64,000 nucleotides of DNA from Octopus sinensis. Taxonomy: Eukaryota. Below the pieces are notes generated by a model. That model made no database searches and was not told where the DNA came from. It worked only from the letters and a program-made list of their open reading frames with translations. Where the stretch lies: contig NC_043004.1 of the NCBI RefSeq assembly GCF_006345805.1, positions 37,014,001-37,078,000 on the forward strand. Direction: 5' to 3'. Below, in pieces: positions 12,546 through 27,116 of this stretch. Every line of letters starts with the position of its first letter. The first letter of the stretch is position 1. The translations under genes and the position numbers were made by a program.

Positions 12546-12646
12546 GTGTATATGTATGTATATGTATGTATAGATATATATGTGTATGTATAGATATAGA
12601 TATATATATATCTATGTATAGATATATATATGTATATGTATGTATG

Positions 12647-12681
<35 letters not shown>

Positions 12682-12835
12682 ATATATAAATGTATATATA
12701 TATACATATGTATATGTATATATATATGTATATATATATGTATATATGTATATATATATATACGTGTGTGTGTGTATGTGTGTGTCTGTGTGTGTATAAT
12801 ATACATATATCAACATATACACAAACACACACACA
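12448..12835. repeat. Compound (CT)n/(AT)n/(ATGT)n/(GT)n microsatellite
   Basis: Seen directly; source of several spurious YI/HT ORFs. Confidence 0.95.
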
Positions 12836-13407
12836 ATATCCATGCATAGATACAAGTGTGTGCGTGTGCATGGAGGTGTATATATTGGAAACGCATCTAC
12901 ATTATATTTTGATAGACAATTTTTTCTGTATATTTTGGATTATCGTCTGGATTTATTAATACCATGATTCTTCCATTTCCCATGAAATCAACAAGCGTAT
13001 CTAATATTCCAGAATTTTCTAATATTCTTCCTTCGTAAGGCCACACCCGCTCTGCTTTTTGTAGTTTTCTTTATGTTTTGTTTTTCACTCGCTCACGCGT
13101 CTACATAATATATTGTTAGTGTGATAGTCCTTCTACACTATATTAAATATTTACTTCGCATCTTCGCCTTATATACTGATATTTGAAATATAACCTTCAG
13201 CATTTAACGTAATGTCACTCGAGCATAAACAATGGCAACTAAGGAATGGAAAATGAGTCTAATGAATTACAAAGAACGGTCGATTAGAAAGCTTTTGCCA
13301 TCCATTGAAACAACCGAAAATTTTGCATACATTTTTGAAAGCAGTAATAGAAATATCACACACAAACACACATACACATTCATGAACATGTATATAGATA
13401 TATAAAC

Positions 13408-13493
<86 letters not shown>

Positions 13494-13678
13494 AGCATGC
13501 ATATACAGACATCAGTACACACGTAGGTATATAACTTATATTTTGTATCAATCATTAGACTGCGGTCATACGGGGACACCATGTTGAAGGGTCTTAGTCT
13601 TCTTCAAGGAGGTGCCCCAGCATGGCCACAGTCTAATGACCGAAACAAATCAAAGACAGATACACATACACACTATAT

Positions 13679-13751
<73 letters not shown>

Positions 13752-13799
13752 CTATATATACATACATGCACACACACATACACATTATATATACACATA

Positions 13800-13966
13800 C
13801 GCAGGAATGGATGTTTGAAAAGTAGCTTGCTAACCAACCACATGGTTCCGAGTTCATTCTCACTGCGTGGCACCTTGGACAGGTGTTTTCTACTATAGCC
13901 TCGGGCCGACCAATGCCTTGTGAGTGGATTTGGTAGGCGGAAACTGAAAGACGCCCATCGTTTATG

Positions 13967-14032
<66 letters not shown>

Positions 14033-14245
14033 TTGTGTGTATGTATATATGTTTGTATGTCTGTGTTTGTTCCGCCAACCTCGCATAACAACCGATGGTG
14101 GTGCGTTTACATACCCTTAGCGGTTCGGCAAAAGAGACTGATAGAATAAGTACTAGGCTTCCAAAAAATGAGTTCTGGGGTCGAGTTGCGCGACTAAAGG
14201 CGGTGCTCCAGCATGGCCGCAGTCAAATGACTGAATAAAAGAGAA
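13800..14245 (+). mobile_element. SINE family B with internal (AT)n; extra inverted tail fragments at 13556-13650
   Basis: GTAGCTTGCTAACCAACCACATGGTTCCG...GGCGGTGCTCCAGCATGGCCGCAGTCAAATGACTG. Confidence 0.9.
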
Positions 14246-15820
14246 TACGTACACACACATACTATATATACACATACGTACACACACACACACACATATA
14301 TATATACACATATATAATGTAAGCATAAAGAGAGAAGGGGAGGGAGGGATTGCTAAGAGTGATGACTGAAAGCTTTCAGCTATGATATTTTGCGCGTTGA
14401 GTCAGATTCAGTTCAGAAGTAGTCACTAGTTTTTAATTATTCGAGGTACTGTGAACGTTTCTTTGTATAATGTCAGGCGTTGAATCAAGTATTTTATATG
14501 CATGTATTCCGAGTCCTGTCTGTCGACACCACGCGTGGCACTGGTAATTGTTTACAATTGGTTCAAACAACTAACAGCCAATATTATTCACGAGGAGTGA
14601 AAGTAATTTCATTCAATTTCTATAATTTATGTAGATATATCAGGAACAACGCTGGCGGGGGTTGTCCATGCTTTATTGTAAAACATTTCAAACTAATAGA
14701 ATATGTGTTTATTGTCAGGAAAAAGAGGCGAAGAAAATATATCTAGTTACAAAATGATAGGTAATATATATGAACTACAAGATAATGATTACATTGGAAA
14801 CGTCTTATTATTTGGAAAATTGAACTTGACTCTAATCGTCTGTGAATGGACGATAGTACAAATGGCGGTGGATGGTAAAAGTGAGGACGTTCAAGTAAAA
14901 TAGCGGATGGAGAAACACTGAACTGTAGGGAAAGAAACCTCTCTCTCCCTCTTTCTCTCTCTCTCTCTCTCTCTCCCTCCCTCTCTCCCATTTCCGTTCC
15001 CGCCTCCCTACTTTCTACCTTCCACATTTATATGCCGACCACTCAACATTGAAGCCGAAACTATCCAGAATCAACCGAACACTTCTTTTCTTTCCAATTC
15101 TGAGCAGACGACAGTTTTAGTGGGGAAAATCTTTTGCAATTATATATACGTTTGTTTAATTTCATCTTTAATTAGTACAGAAATTTCTGCTTCCTATGGA
15201 GAAAAGTACAAGAGTCTTTCAAAAGCTTCAATCGTGAGAGCTATTAGTGTGTTTACATGAAAGGGCAATAATATCAACAACACCACAAAGAACAAGTTCT
15301 GGGACTGCATTTCAGGGGACTGCAAACATATATACTTCGTAGAGACTGTCAGGTCAGCTGTTGAATTCTGAAATGCTCTGGAACTTGTTGGACTTCTGCG
15401 ATTTCTGTCCAAAATAAGGGCCATCATCCCATAATCCTATACGGAAGCCTTAAATAGCTGGTATCATTACCTAACGGTACAAAACTTGCAATATTTAGAA
15501 CCGTTATATAACAGTACTAGATATTACACGTTTAATATTGTTATGTAATAATACTAGATGTAATGATGTTGACAAAATTAATGCCTCAGGTTACTATTTT
15601 GACTGGTCGATTCATGAGAGAAGAGGTTTTTATACTCAATGTAACTTTCATGGCTGCTAACTGAGAAATACATTTCAAAATAGGAGACCAAAGTTTACAG
15701 GTTCCAGGAATACTCAGCCTTGCTATACCCATAACTAAATCCACAGACACAACAAACTTTATTTTATTTCAGATTCATAGTTTTTTTTTCTTGCGTTCGC
15801 ACCATTTATATATATTTAAA

Positions 15821-15844
15821 AAATTTAAGAGATGAAGTATTAAA

Positions 15845-15887
<43 letters not shown>

Positions 15888-16362
15888 TGTGTGTGTGTGT
15901 ATGATACAGGATGTATACAATTCGATAATTTGATAAAAGTAGGTTACTTTAAAACAAATAGGGTAATCCTAATGAAAAACGTAATTAATGATGAGATTAA
16001 TTTTCATTTTGAAACTAATTATCAGCCTTTATTTATTAAATGAAGATTGCAGTCAGTATTTTAGAATGTCCTGTTACTGTGATTCATAATTTGACTGGGA
16101 CTTAGCAGTCAGAGGAATATGATTATTATTTAGTCCCAGACTCATGTCGGCCATTGTTGGGGGAAACCTAGTATTAAATGCATTGAAGCCGTCACTACTC
16201 TGTTTTTATTTCCATAAGGAAGAGTGAATTTCGAACTATATTATCGAAAATGTTCCTTTCTGAAAACTTCCTTTAAATTGGAATGATATTTGGCTGAAAT
16301 TGAGAAAACTGAATTGCTTTATATTTCTAATTTAGCGCTTCTTAAATCAAACACACGCCTAT

Positions 16363-16436
<74 letters not shown>

Positions 16437-16535
16437 ACGTGCATAAAAATACAAACATACAGACATATATTATATGTAAGCATATACCTGAACCTCTTGC
16501 ACGATTAAGCCCAGAAGTCGACGAAACAATTATGC

Positions 16536-16595
<60 letters not shown>

Positions 16596-17208
16596 ATTGT
16601 TTCGTCGACACAATTCTCCATAAACGTTACGTACTTAAATTCTTCAAAGGCGGCAGAATTCAGCTTCGTAGCAACAGATAATTCAATGAATAAATTTAGT
16701 AAAATTTAAGAGATGAAGTATTAAATCTGTGTGTGTGTGTGTGTGTATGATACAGGATGTATACAATTCGATAATTTGATAAAAGTAGGTTACTTTAAAA
16801 CAAATAGGGTAATCCTAATGAAAAACGTAATTAATGATGAGATTAATTTTCATTTTGAAACTAATTATCAGCCTTTATTTATTAAATGAAGATTGCAGTC
16901 AGTATTTTAGAATGTCCTGTTACTGTGATTCATAATTTGACTGGGACTTAGCAGTCAGAGGAATATGATTATTATTTAGTCCCAGACTCATGTCGGCCAT
17001 TGTTGGGGGAAACCTAGTATTAAATGCATTGAAGCCGTCACTACTCTGTTTTTATTTCCATAAGGAAGAGTGAATTTCGAACTATATTATCGAAAATGTT
17101 CCTTTCTGAAAACTTCCTTTAAATTGGAATGATATTTGGCTGAAATTGAGAAAACTGAATTGCTTTATATTTCTAATTTAGCGCTTCTTAAATCAAACAC
17201 ACGCCTAT

Positions 17209-17280
<72 letters not shown>

Positions 17281-17513
17281 ACGTGCATAAAAATACAAAC
17301 ATACAGACATATATTATATGTAAGCATATACCTGAACCTCTTGCACGATTAAGCCCAGAAGTCGACGAAACAATTATGTATATATATATATATATATATA
17401 CATAATTGTTTCGTCGACACAATTCTCCATAAACGTTACGTACTTAAATTCTTCAAAGGCGGCAGAATTCAGCTTCGTAGCAACAGATAATTCAATGAAT
17501 AAATTTAGTAAAA
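15821..17513. repeat. Tandem duplication of a ~0.8-0.9 kb unit (15821-16701 and 16702-17513)
   Basis: Unique sequence is essentially identical between copies; differences lie almost only in (GT)n/(AT)n tract lengths. Confidence 0.95.
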
Positions 17514-20431
17514 ATATAAATTGTAAGTTAAAACGTGATTGGAGAAAAGATTTGGCAATTGTATATTAATTAGAAGCAATTTGTAATTCTAGTGATTTCG
17601 TTTGCTTTGCATGAAAGTGAGGAATTAGTTTTTCATTTTAAAATTTGACTAAATAAGGTTAAGAGTTACCATTTTAATTTTTTCAATCAACTAATTTTTT
17701 TCTCTACATCTATCACAGTCAACTTATAAACAATGTCTCGTCCCAAATATTTAGTACAGAGGAATATAAAGTTGTTGAAACTTTATTAATGTACCAACTT
17801 TCTTGAATCTATTTATGACGAATTTGGTCAAAAAATTATTGGTAGAATTATCTCGGGGATTCTGAGTAATTTTTCCTGTGCATCATTCACAGGGAGGGAG
17901 CGACGGAATTCTATATCCTTATTGATTTCTTTAATAACGACCACTTGTGGTGAAGTGGGAGCCTAAAATATCACTGATGTTTCATGTTGCTTGCCGTGCA
18001 GCATTAGTAATTTGAGTGGGAAATCACTGTAGGATATGAAAAAGGAATTTCAAACTCGAATAACAACTTGGTGACTAAACACCTCCAAGTGAGACAAACA
18101 AAATGAAATTTTAACCGCAGTTAGAACTGAACTGTTACCCTGCATTCCGTTATACATAAATTGACACCAGTTGAAATAAATTACCAACCAGTTTTTTTTT
18201 TATTTTTATTATGAATCTGGAATAACTTTATAGATTAAATGACGATTCTTTCAGTGAAGTATGTCTTCGCGACGTGTCACTAGTGTTGTGTTGATTCCTG
18301 TATAAAACATCTTGATTCCTTTGTCTGGAAATATTTTCAGATTAGTTTTGTTCTAGAATATACAGGTAATTATGCTATCCTAAATGAGGTAGCCATTGCA
18401 TTCTTAATGGACTGTATTTGCCTCTTAGCTGCAGGAGAAGAAAAGGCTTTGTACTATTCCTTCGTTAGCGGCAATTGAGAACGATAAAAGAGGGAGATAA
18501 TTATCAGTAGAACTTAATTTCAGTGAAAATTCAATTTCCGCATTGAAAGGAAAATTAATCATAAAACAGTTTGATGTGTTGGCGCCTCCGTTTCTAGAAA
18601 CTCCTCACGAGTTATAGAGTTGTTATTCACAGTGCTAAGATTTGAACAAGCTTGAGTAGAAAACAATTCGATGGAATTCATAAATTAAGCGTGAGCGGTA
18701 ACCAAGTTTTATAATTGTTACTGTTTCAAGTAAAATCCAAAAATATTTTGACAAATATTTTCAGTTCTGAATTACCAGGATTCATGGAAATGATTCTTGT
18801 TAAAATCAAACTTAAACTTAAGACTGTAAATATTGGGGCTGAGGGGAGGGGGTAGGCATTTCAATTCAGTTGTTTCTAAACAAATTTCTAAAATTTAATG
18901 AATTGACTATCCAATAGATTCTTAGGCATTTATTTTTTGTTCGTCATGGAGAGATAAATATGAGTTTATAGAGATGGGGAGGAAGAAAGAATAAAGAGAA
19001 TGAGAACGTGTGTGTGTGTGTGTGCGCGTTCACGCGTGTTTATATAGACACCCCTACACCCCACAAACTTACAATATATGCGTGTGCATCCTCATTTTGA
19101 CCATTGTTAAAGAACTTACCCTGTTGAGATTAATTTTTGCCACAGTTGATGATCTGCGGTCTTTACTACAACTATTAGTGTAAGTGTCTCCTCACAGGTA
19201 AATACAAAACAGAATCATTGATCTCTTCAAACCACCAATAAAAAGACAAAGCCTGACTAGCAAACCGATGGTTTAGACGGTAATGATTGCTTATTGATGG
19301 TTTTGGTTCAAATAACTAAGTGTCTGACACCAACTTCAGAATAAACAAACTCGACCCTACTCTAAGGCATCTTAAGCCAAGTCATTTTCTATATCCTTTG
19401 AGTGCCGAATGGTTTCACCTAATATCTGATGAACAACAGCAAGTGCTCAAAAATGAAGAGAACATATAAACCGGGGAACTCTTCAAAAAGTATTCACCTT
19501 GCGATGACTTCTTATGTGCACCGAGTTGCAAGATTAGTGTACTTCAAAAAAATCCTGAAGAGCAATACTCTGCATACCACAAATGGTTATACATGGGTGC
19601 TTCCTGTAAACTTGAGAATGATGATAGTATTAACGCAAAAAGCATAATGATGATAGTATTAACTGCCAAAAAATGTCAAGTTATTCCCTTCCATTGCGAT
19701 ACGATTTTGCAGTTAAAACAAGATATAATACAAATCATTGGAAACACTGCCCTGTGATACATATAATGACGCTGTTGTTAAATACAGGTTAGCAACGAAA
19801 CATTCTCCTCAAAGCTTCTTCCAAGTTCAAACAAACTATATTTGGGACAAAAATAGACAAATCCTGTCCACGAAATGTGAACATCTCCTCCGAAACCAGT
19901 AAGAGTATATCTAAGAACAACTGTTTCAAAATCTACAACTACTCTCTTCTGATTAGAAATTATGTTTTTATTTAGTGTACTCTATTATGTTTGTAAAACC
20001 TTTTAAGTAGCAATCTAGAAAAGCCAGGGTTTTCAAAGAGAGTAACCATCTAAAAGGCACTTTACGAAAACAATCTGAAAGCAGAACAGAAAAAATATGC
20101 AAGACTTTACTAAAGTTCAGTGTTTTAAAATTCATCTCTATTGTTATTCAAATTCAAGTGACAGGCCTTTGTTTCCTTTTTAAAAACAACTCCCCCTAAG
20201 TAAGAACTCAATTAAGAAAAGACCACATACGTATTGCATACATATATTTACTTGCACAGACATATGTACGTATTTATGTATGAATGCATAAGTATGACTG
20301 TGTGTGCGTGCATGTGAGTATATTAGAAAGCCAGAGTGTAGGTTAAAAAAATGTGTTTACATTCTTATTTACCCATGGTGGAATCTTCGTAATCTTTAAA
20401 TTTGTTTTAGTTCTCATTTATATTGTTGTGT

Positions 20432-20507
<76 letters not shown>

Positions 20508-20620
20508 AATAGTAAAAAGTGAAAGAACTACAGAAGGCTTAAAGGTTAAAAAATATATATATTTGCGTCAATATGTCTGAAGAATATTAAAAAAATGTTT
20601 CTTACAATGACATAGTTTAG

Positions 20621-20659
20621 AAGAAAGACCGGTTTCGCGTTTAGCTTTTCAAATTTCTT
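20621..20659 (-). ncRNA. Decayed type I hammerhead motif
   Basis: aagaaa-t-TTGAAAA-GC taaac GC-GAAA-CCGG-TC-tttctt; the 3' half and 6-bp helix I are intact, and CUGANGA carries two transitions. Confidence 0.45.
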
Positions 20660-20666
20660 ACGACGT

Positions 20667-20702
<36 letters not shown>

Positions 20703-20900
20703 ATATATACACATACAGACTCTCTCAAAGTCAGGAGATCGACAACAGTAAATCGAGAAAAATCAGAACTCTACCAAATGCAGTTGGATTTCGAAATGTA
20801 GAATCAAAAGTTCCAGAGAGAATTTAACTTGTGGAAGATTTCTCATGTGGCGGGAACATAGCGACCACTTTTCAAAAATATCAACGTTTCAAAACACTTC

Positions 20901-20970
20901 TGAAATGTTGATTATATGTGAATGTTGATTATATCTGAAATGTTGATTATATCTGAAATGTGAATATATC
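20901..20970. repeat. 18-bp minisatellite (TGAAATGTTGATTATATC), about 3.5 units
   Basis: Seen directly. Confidence 0.85.
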
Positions 20971-21402
20971 TTAAACGTTAAATAACTCAGTTTATTTACA
21001 TCACTCAGTATTCAAATAGATTTGGAAATGTTTCCTGAGCTACTTCAAGTCAATATTGTCAGAGTTAGTCGAGCTTCTTCCAACAAAATGCTTCCGACCG
21101 TTTTTATAAGGTTTCCGTTATCCGAACACGGCTTCTCATGTTTAACAGTTATCTCTTTCCAAAAATCATTTTTACGTAATTTTCTGTTTCCCTCTCTCTC
21201 TACTCCTTCTCTCTCTGTTTCTCTGCCTTTCTTTCTTTCTCCTATACTATCTCTCACTCCCTCTCTTCTAAAATTTGACACATTGGAATCAATTTCCTCA
21301 TATCTGAAACGTTTTTGATATTCTTTTCGTCAGAGCTATTCATCATATCCTGAAATATGGATAGAAATGGAACTGCTAAGTAAGGATTAACTGACTAACA
21401 AA

Positions 21403-21440
<38 letters not shown>

Positions 21441-23767
21441 ACACACACACATACACACACACACACACACACACCACACACACACACACACATAGAAGGC
21501 GCCTTTGAAGTTGAGTAGCAGTTAAACTAGTAAAAAAATGCTAACACACTGCAAATATATAATTTGATTAAAACAAAATTGTTATGGTGGCTAAATGTAT
21601 GTAGTTGAAATAGTTGTGGCACCGTTTAGAATGACTGCTTATTTAAGAAGATAAATGCGTTACTAAAGCCGCAAAGTACACTATTATAAAAGTATTTCTC
21701 CCTCATCTCACATTGTATTCAACAATCACACACTGTTATATCTGTATATGTTGCCAAATGTTGATGAATGCCTGACCTTACACCGCTTTTATCATTACTA
21801 AAGAAAATGACTTGAAGGATACTTGTGGGGTGTTGTCCTCGGCGGATGCGTTTTAATTATAAAATAATATTTATTTATGTTTAAAATCAGCTGACTTGCA
21901 GAAATGTCATCATCATCTATTTTTATGTATACTGAGCAAGCGGAATAAAGTGCTCTGCTAGCGACTCGAAAATAAGGTATGAAAATTTAATATTTCGGTC
22001 TATACGTCAACACAGTCTCTATTCACACTGCTATGCTTCATGACTTTTTAATCAGACTGCAGTTGCAACTCTTAGTAATTTCTGTTACCCACGAGAAATA
22101 CATTTTATGAAGTCGAAAACCTCACCTATTTTAGTCAAAAGCCTTCGTATTGATCATGCCCTTCCCAGCCGCACTAATCAATAACCATCTAATACATGCC
22201 AATAAGAATGACTGCAAAGAAACAATAATCGAAGTTTACATTTCCTTAACAGCCATTGTTTACATATTAGATGACGCCATGAAATTTCTTAAGTGCTTAC
22301 AATCAAAGCCAAAGAAAACTAACGCTAATTGCAGGCGATGTTGTGTGGTTACCGTTGGCTGAATAGAAATTTATGTTAGCTGGATAGAAGTTTGCTTTTA
22401 TTGCTGTTTACAGGTAATGACAAATTCCGTGAAAATTATTCACTGCTCTTTTATATCTTATATTCTAAACCACTAGAAACTTTATCTTTCATTTCTTAAA
22501 CTAACATCGTATCTAGTGTTCTTTTAATACAGATCATTGATATCACTTCTAAAACACATTCGTAGAAAGTTGATCAAATAGAAATATCTTCCACGTCTTT
22601 ATACTGTATACAACTTAATCATTATCATCATCATCGACGTAATATGGTAACGTTGTTCAAGAGAAACGTTAGGGACGTCGAGTAAAAGGTTTTCACTAAT
22701 CTTCCCTTCAAGGGTTGACAGTGCCAAGGGGGCGGGGGAGTCATATATTTCGGCGAAGAGGAAATACTTTGTTTTTATAATTATTATTACTATTTTTTTA
22801 TCATTATTTTTAAATCTTGTACCCGGTGTCAACCGCCGCTGTGACTCCGCCCATGCTACACCTTTGCTTTTGTGTTTTATGTTCAAAAGTTAAATAAGAC
22901 TTATGTGGTCTCTCAGTCTTTAGGACTGATAAATTAAGCGCTAAGTATGTACTACAGTTAATACGATCTAATCCAGTCTCTTACAAATGTGTGAGTTTCT
23001 GCTTATAAAAGGAACAATGGCGACAGAGTTGAATGCTGGTAAAAGTAGGTTGGTGAATTGGGTGTATAATATTTCGTTTCAACTCCTTTAGTTTTCTCTC
23101 CTGATTACAAATCGTATCAATAATACAGTGTGTTCGATACAATTAACTTTCTGCCAATCTAAAATAAATTGTAGAAAGATATCTGAGAAACTGAAAAGAG
23201 CATTTTCTAGTTCAAACCTAACTCGTGTTAATTTCCGTTAAAATAATTTTGTTTAATTAACAAAGACAGGCTTAATTATTAATATATGCCTAACTTCTGC
23301 TACAACAATTAAAAGAAAACGATTATTCAAATGATGGGAAAATCGCGCAGACATTGATGCACGCTTCATGTACTATAATCAGTGGATGGTTTTAGGATGG
23401 GCAGAGAAATCGGTGGATGGATTTGGGATCGACAGGGGAAAGGTTTAGAGGGGGTTTTTTTCTTCTTTTTCTGTGAGGGAAATTAGTTTTCAGTGAAGCC
23501 CAATTTAAACTGGGAAAGTTGTGCATTATAATATAGTTTATGTAAGGAGTTTTTTTATGAAATTAGTGTATGCAGACGTATGTCTCTTTTCAAACCAAAC
23601 GTTGAAGCGAAAGAAAGACAGCATGAACAGCAGTCTGTTTGTTCAGTTTGTTAGAACAAGACAGGACACGTAGGACAGTGAACAAAGAAACAGAACAATC
23701 AGTATAGACGTGCGGATGTGTGAGTAATTCTCTTTCCGCATCACCCACGTGCACATGCAGGACAACA

Positions 23768-23808
<41 letters not shown>

Positions 23809-25077
23809 CATATGTATATATATATATATATATATATTTACATGTGCTTGTGTATGTGCTAATAGTGATTATTAGTGATTTTAGTGAAGCAATAAGAGCG
23901 TGACAAGAGAATGGGAGGAAAGTCAGTGAATGAAGTAGAGAATGAAGATAATTAAAATATCATGTTATCAATACGTATTTTATAGTTTGAGTAAATATTT
24001 GTTCATATCAAATTAACGCTACATAAATACTGATGCAAGCGAGCGTGAAGAACAGATTTTCTTCATCAGAAGAACGACTATTTTTTTTTCTGAATGGAAA
24101 GATGTGATGATTAAGACATTGGTGAGAAAAACTCGTAGAAACTACACAACAAAAAAAAAAAAAATCATAATGATTGGCGGTTGGAGGTTATGAACTGAAG
24201 ACTGAAATGTGGCGGTAAATATTACAAAGATTGAAATTCAGTTATTTGAGGTTTTCATAATAATAAAATTTCGCTTGAGTTGTATGTAGATGTTGAAAAG
24301 GTTCAATCCGTTATAATGGACGGTTCTGCATTCATGTGGTGTATAAAGTCGAAGGAATTACAGAAACGACAAGACATCGAACACACATTTCAAATTCAGA
24401 TTTATTCATCAAAGTGATTTGTCGATACGACAGATGAGAACATTTGGAGCTCAACACGTAATGGCATTGACCTTGTCACACCAAAAGGAGTTGAGAAGTC
24501 AATAAAGGACTTACGCAATGTTATGCCGCCAAGACCCCATCAAAATATAAGCTAAAACAAATAAAACTTTAAACGAAATGTTAAAGATGACAATCACAAG
24601 GAAATAAGTTCACTTTTGTTAGTTATTCTATGAAATTATTAGCTTCAGACTAATATAGCTTAAATTATATACTTTTTAGTAAGGTAGGATACACAAAGGA
24701 AAAATATGGAAGAAATTAGTTCTTCAGAATACAGTTACATTGACCACTAGCTAACACACCTTTCTTCACTTGTTTGTCCCACCCCCGTGTTTTCTCTTCC
24801 TGTTTTTGATTTGACCTTACAAACACATTTCCAATGTTTAAGTCACTCCAGAAAAAGACCCTCGATCCAATAACACCGTTTACAAGAATGACCAAATATA
24901 AACACCATTGGAACTCACACACAAGGCGCAGGAAACTTACATATGCACCATTCTGCTTAAATAATGGACTGCAAATACAACATCCTTACGTATCTCAATT
25001 CTATTTTCATCCCTTCACTTCCTTCTGTATTTCATATCTTCTCTACAATAATTATTACTTAAACATTTTCTCGCACC

Positions 25078-25125
25078 GTCTCTGATGAAAGGATATATAA
25101 AATATCCCAGAAACAGTTGTAAGAC
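25078..25125 (+). ncRNA. Type I hammerhead motif, intact core
   Basis: gtct-CTGATGA-aa GGATAT ataaa ATATCC ca-GAAA-C AGTT G-TA-agac; 4-bp helix I, 6-bp helix II with junction mismatches, GUA site. Confidence 0.7.
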
Positions 25126-25219
25126 CTCTATATAAATGTTCTGAAAACTATTCACAGCCTTGGATTTTTTATCTCATTCTGTTAATTATTATTATATATA
25201 TATATATATATATATACAT

Positions 25220-25508
25220 ACATAGTGAAAGTAATTGAAATTGAAACCATATAATAGTGAAAGTATTATATCACTTTACAATAGAGATGTTATTGTTTCA
25301 CTTTTGACACGTAATACCGAAACAGCGTAAGGGATAAAATATTGCTCTCGGCTTGCATTAGGCAAGACATCGATAATCTTTTTGGCCCATGACACTCCAT
25401 GGATCCTAAGTAAGGGATGTATAAAATTTGACTGAAATCAGTTGGGTAGTTCTCGAGTTTTAGTGATGCACACACACACATACACATTCTCAGTTTTATA
25501 TATGTAGA
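25220..25508 (-). mobile_element. Helitron-like 5' end, 3'-truncated
   Basis: Minus strand A|TCTACATATATAAAACTGAGAATGTGTATGTGTG..., the same architecture as the start of the 8027 element. Confidence 0.55.
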
Positions 25509-25925
25509 TGGTATGGCTACATTTTTTGATGACAAGCAATAGTGAACCCAGGATAACCGGACAATGCAACGTGTTGCTTCTTACTTAAATTATCTGCCTA
25601 AGTGTGTAGAAAGAGAATGAGCATCGATTTAGTTAAGAAAGCAGAATTAACAGAAAATACTTTCGTAAATGACAAAATTAGGACAATGGCGGTGTGGTCA
25701 GTTAAGCATAACTCTGCCCCGAAGAAAATGGGCCTACATCGATAGTTGAGAACCAAACTGGAGCTAACTTTGACAACAACAGCTACATTAGCAATGTTCG
25801 TTACAAAATAACTGAAAGCTAATTTATTTCATTTCTCTCTCGTAAATAAGACAGAAAAATACTAAAGGGGTGTTAAGTATTGTTCAGTAATATTAAGCAA
25901 CAAATTAATTTTCAACGGAACTTTC

Positions 25926-26065
25926 TTAACTTGCTAACCAACCACATGGTTCCGGGTTCAGTCCCACTGCGTGGCATCTTGGGCAGGTGTCTTCTGCTAT
26001 AGCCCCGGGCCGACCAATGCTTTGTGAGTGGATTTGGTAGACGGAAGCTGAAAGAAGCCTGTCGA

Positions 26066-26126
<61 letters not shown>

Positions 26127-26330
26127 TGTCCCCCTAGCATTGCTTGACAACCGATGCTGGTGTGTTTACGTCCCCGTCACTTAGCGGTTCGGCAAAAGAG
26201 ACCGATAGAATAAGTGCTGGGCTTACAAAGAATAAGTTCCGAGGTCGATTTGCTCGACTAAAGGTGGTGCTCCAGCATGGCCGCAGTCAAATGACTGAAA
26301 CAAGTAAAAGAGTAAAGAGTAAGAGTAACT
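25926..26330 (+). mobile_element. SINE family B, 5'-truncated
   Basis: Near-identical to 32461-32878; (AAGAGT)n-like tail. Confidence 0.92.
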
Positions 26331-26676
26331 GAGGAGAGACTTATTCAAAAGGTTCAAGGAATTTTCCATAGATTTCTAAAAGCTGGTCAAGCATGTTAAA
26401 ATTTATAACCATTCCAGCCGCCCCTGAGAAGAAAAACTGCAAAACCGAAAAGTGAAACAACAGAGAGCTCTGATTGATTCTTCAATGTAACTAAAACAAC
26501 ATGAACGGTTTGTTACCATTTCTTATAGCCCACGAGACAAAACAACCGTCTCATCAGACACTGCGTGGTTCGCAGTCACACTGTGTTTTCCTCAACATGT
26601 TTTTTTTTTTAAATAGGTCCTCTGAAGATTGTCGTGTCCAAATTTGAAAGAAGCATGTTAACCGAACTGACTCCAG

Positions 26677-26763
<87 letters not shown>

Positions 26764-27116
26764 TGAATACACACACTACTTTGATAAGTACTCTTATTGT
26801 ATTAAAAAGAAATCTATTTGTAAAACTGAAATATCTTCTAATCCATAGCAGTTTACGATAATACCTGATTAATGGACAGATGAAAAGGAGCCGCAAATAT
26901 GTTGTGAAAGTCAATTTCGTGCCTATGATAAAAAAAAATTATTGTGCTTATAGGCTATAAACATTGGAGTGGTAGTAGCTTTACGAGTATTTTATTAGAG
27001 CAAAACATCAATTTTGGAAATAGTTAATGGATATATCAGAATTTCAGCTAATCTTTGAGCAAAAGAGTATTATTCCCATTTTATCGATTGTACGTTTGGA
27101 ATTGAAGAGAAAAATA

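Noticed and set aside
15194-15427. Minus-strand ORF ending LIALTIEAFERLLYF, superficially like a GPCR TM3/DRY region
   Set aside because: No flanking TM helices and no convincing splice sites around that part; a single short motif resemblance is not enough.
24040-24072. Minus-strand CTGATGA followed by an AGAA/TTCT hairpin
   Set aside because: No GAAA core after the stem.
26515-26560. Minus-strand CTGATGAGAC...GTCTC hairpin
   Set aside because: Followed by GTGG rather than GAAA, so not a hammerhead as it stands.
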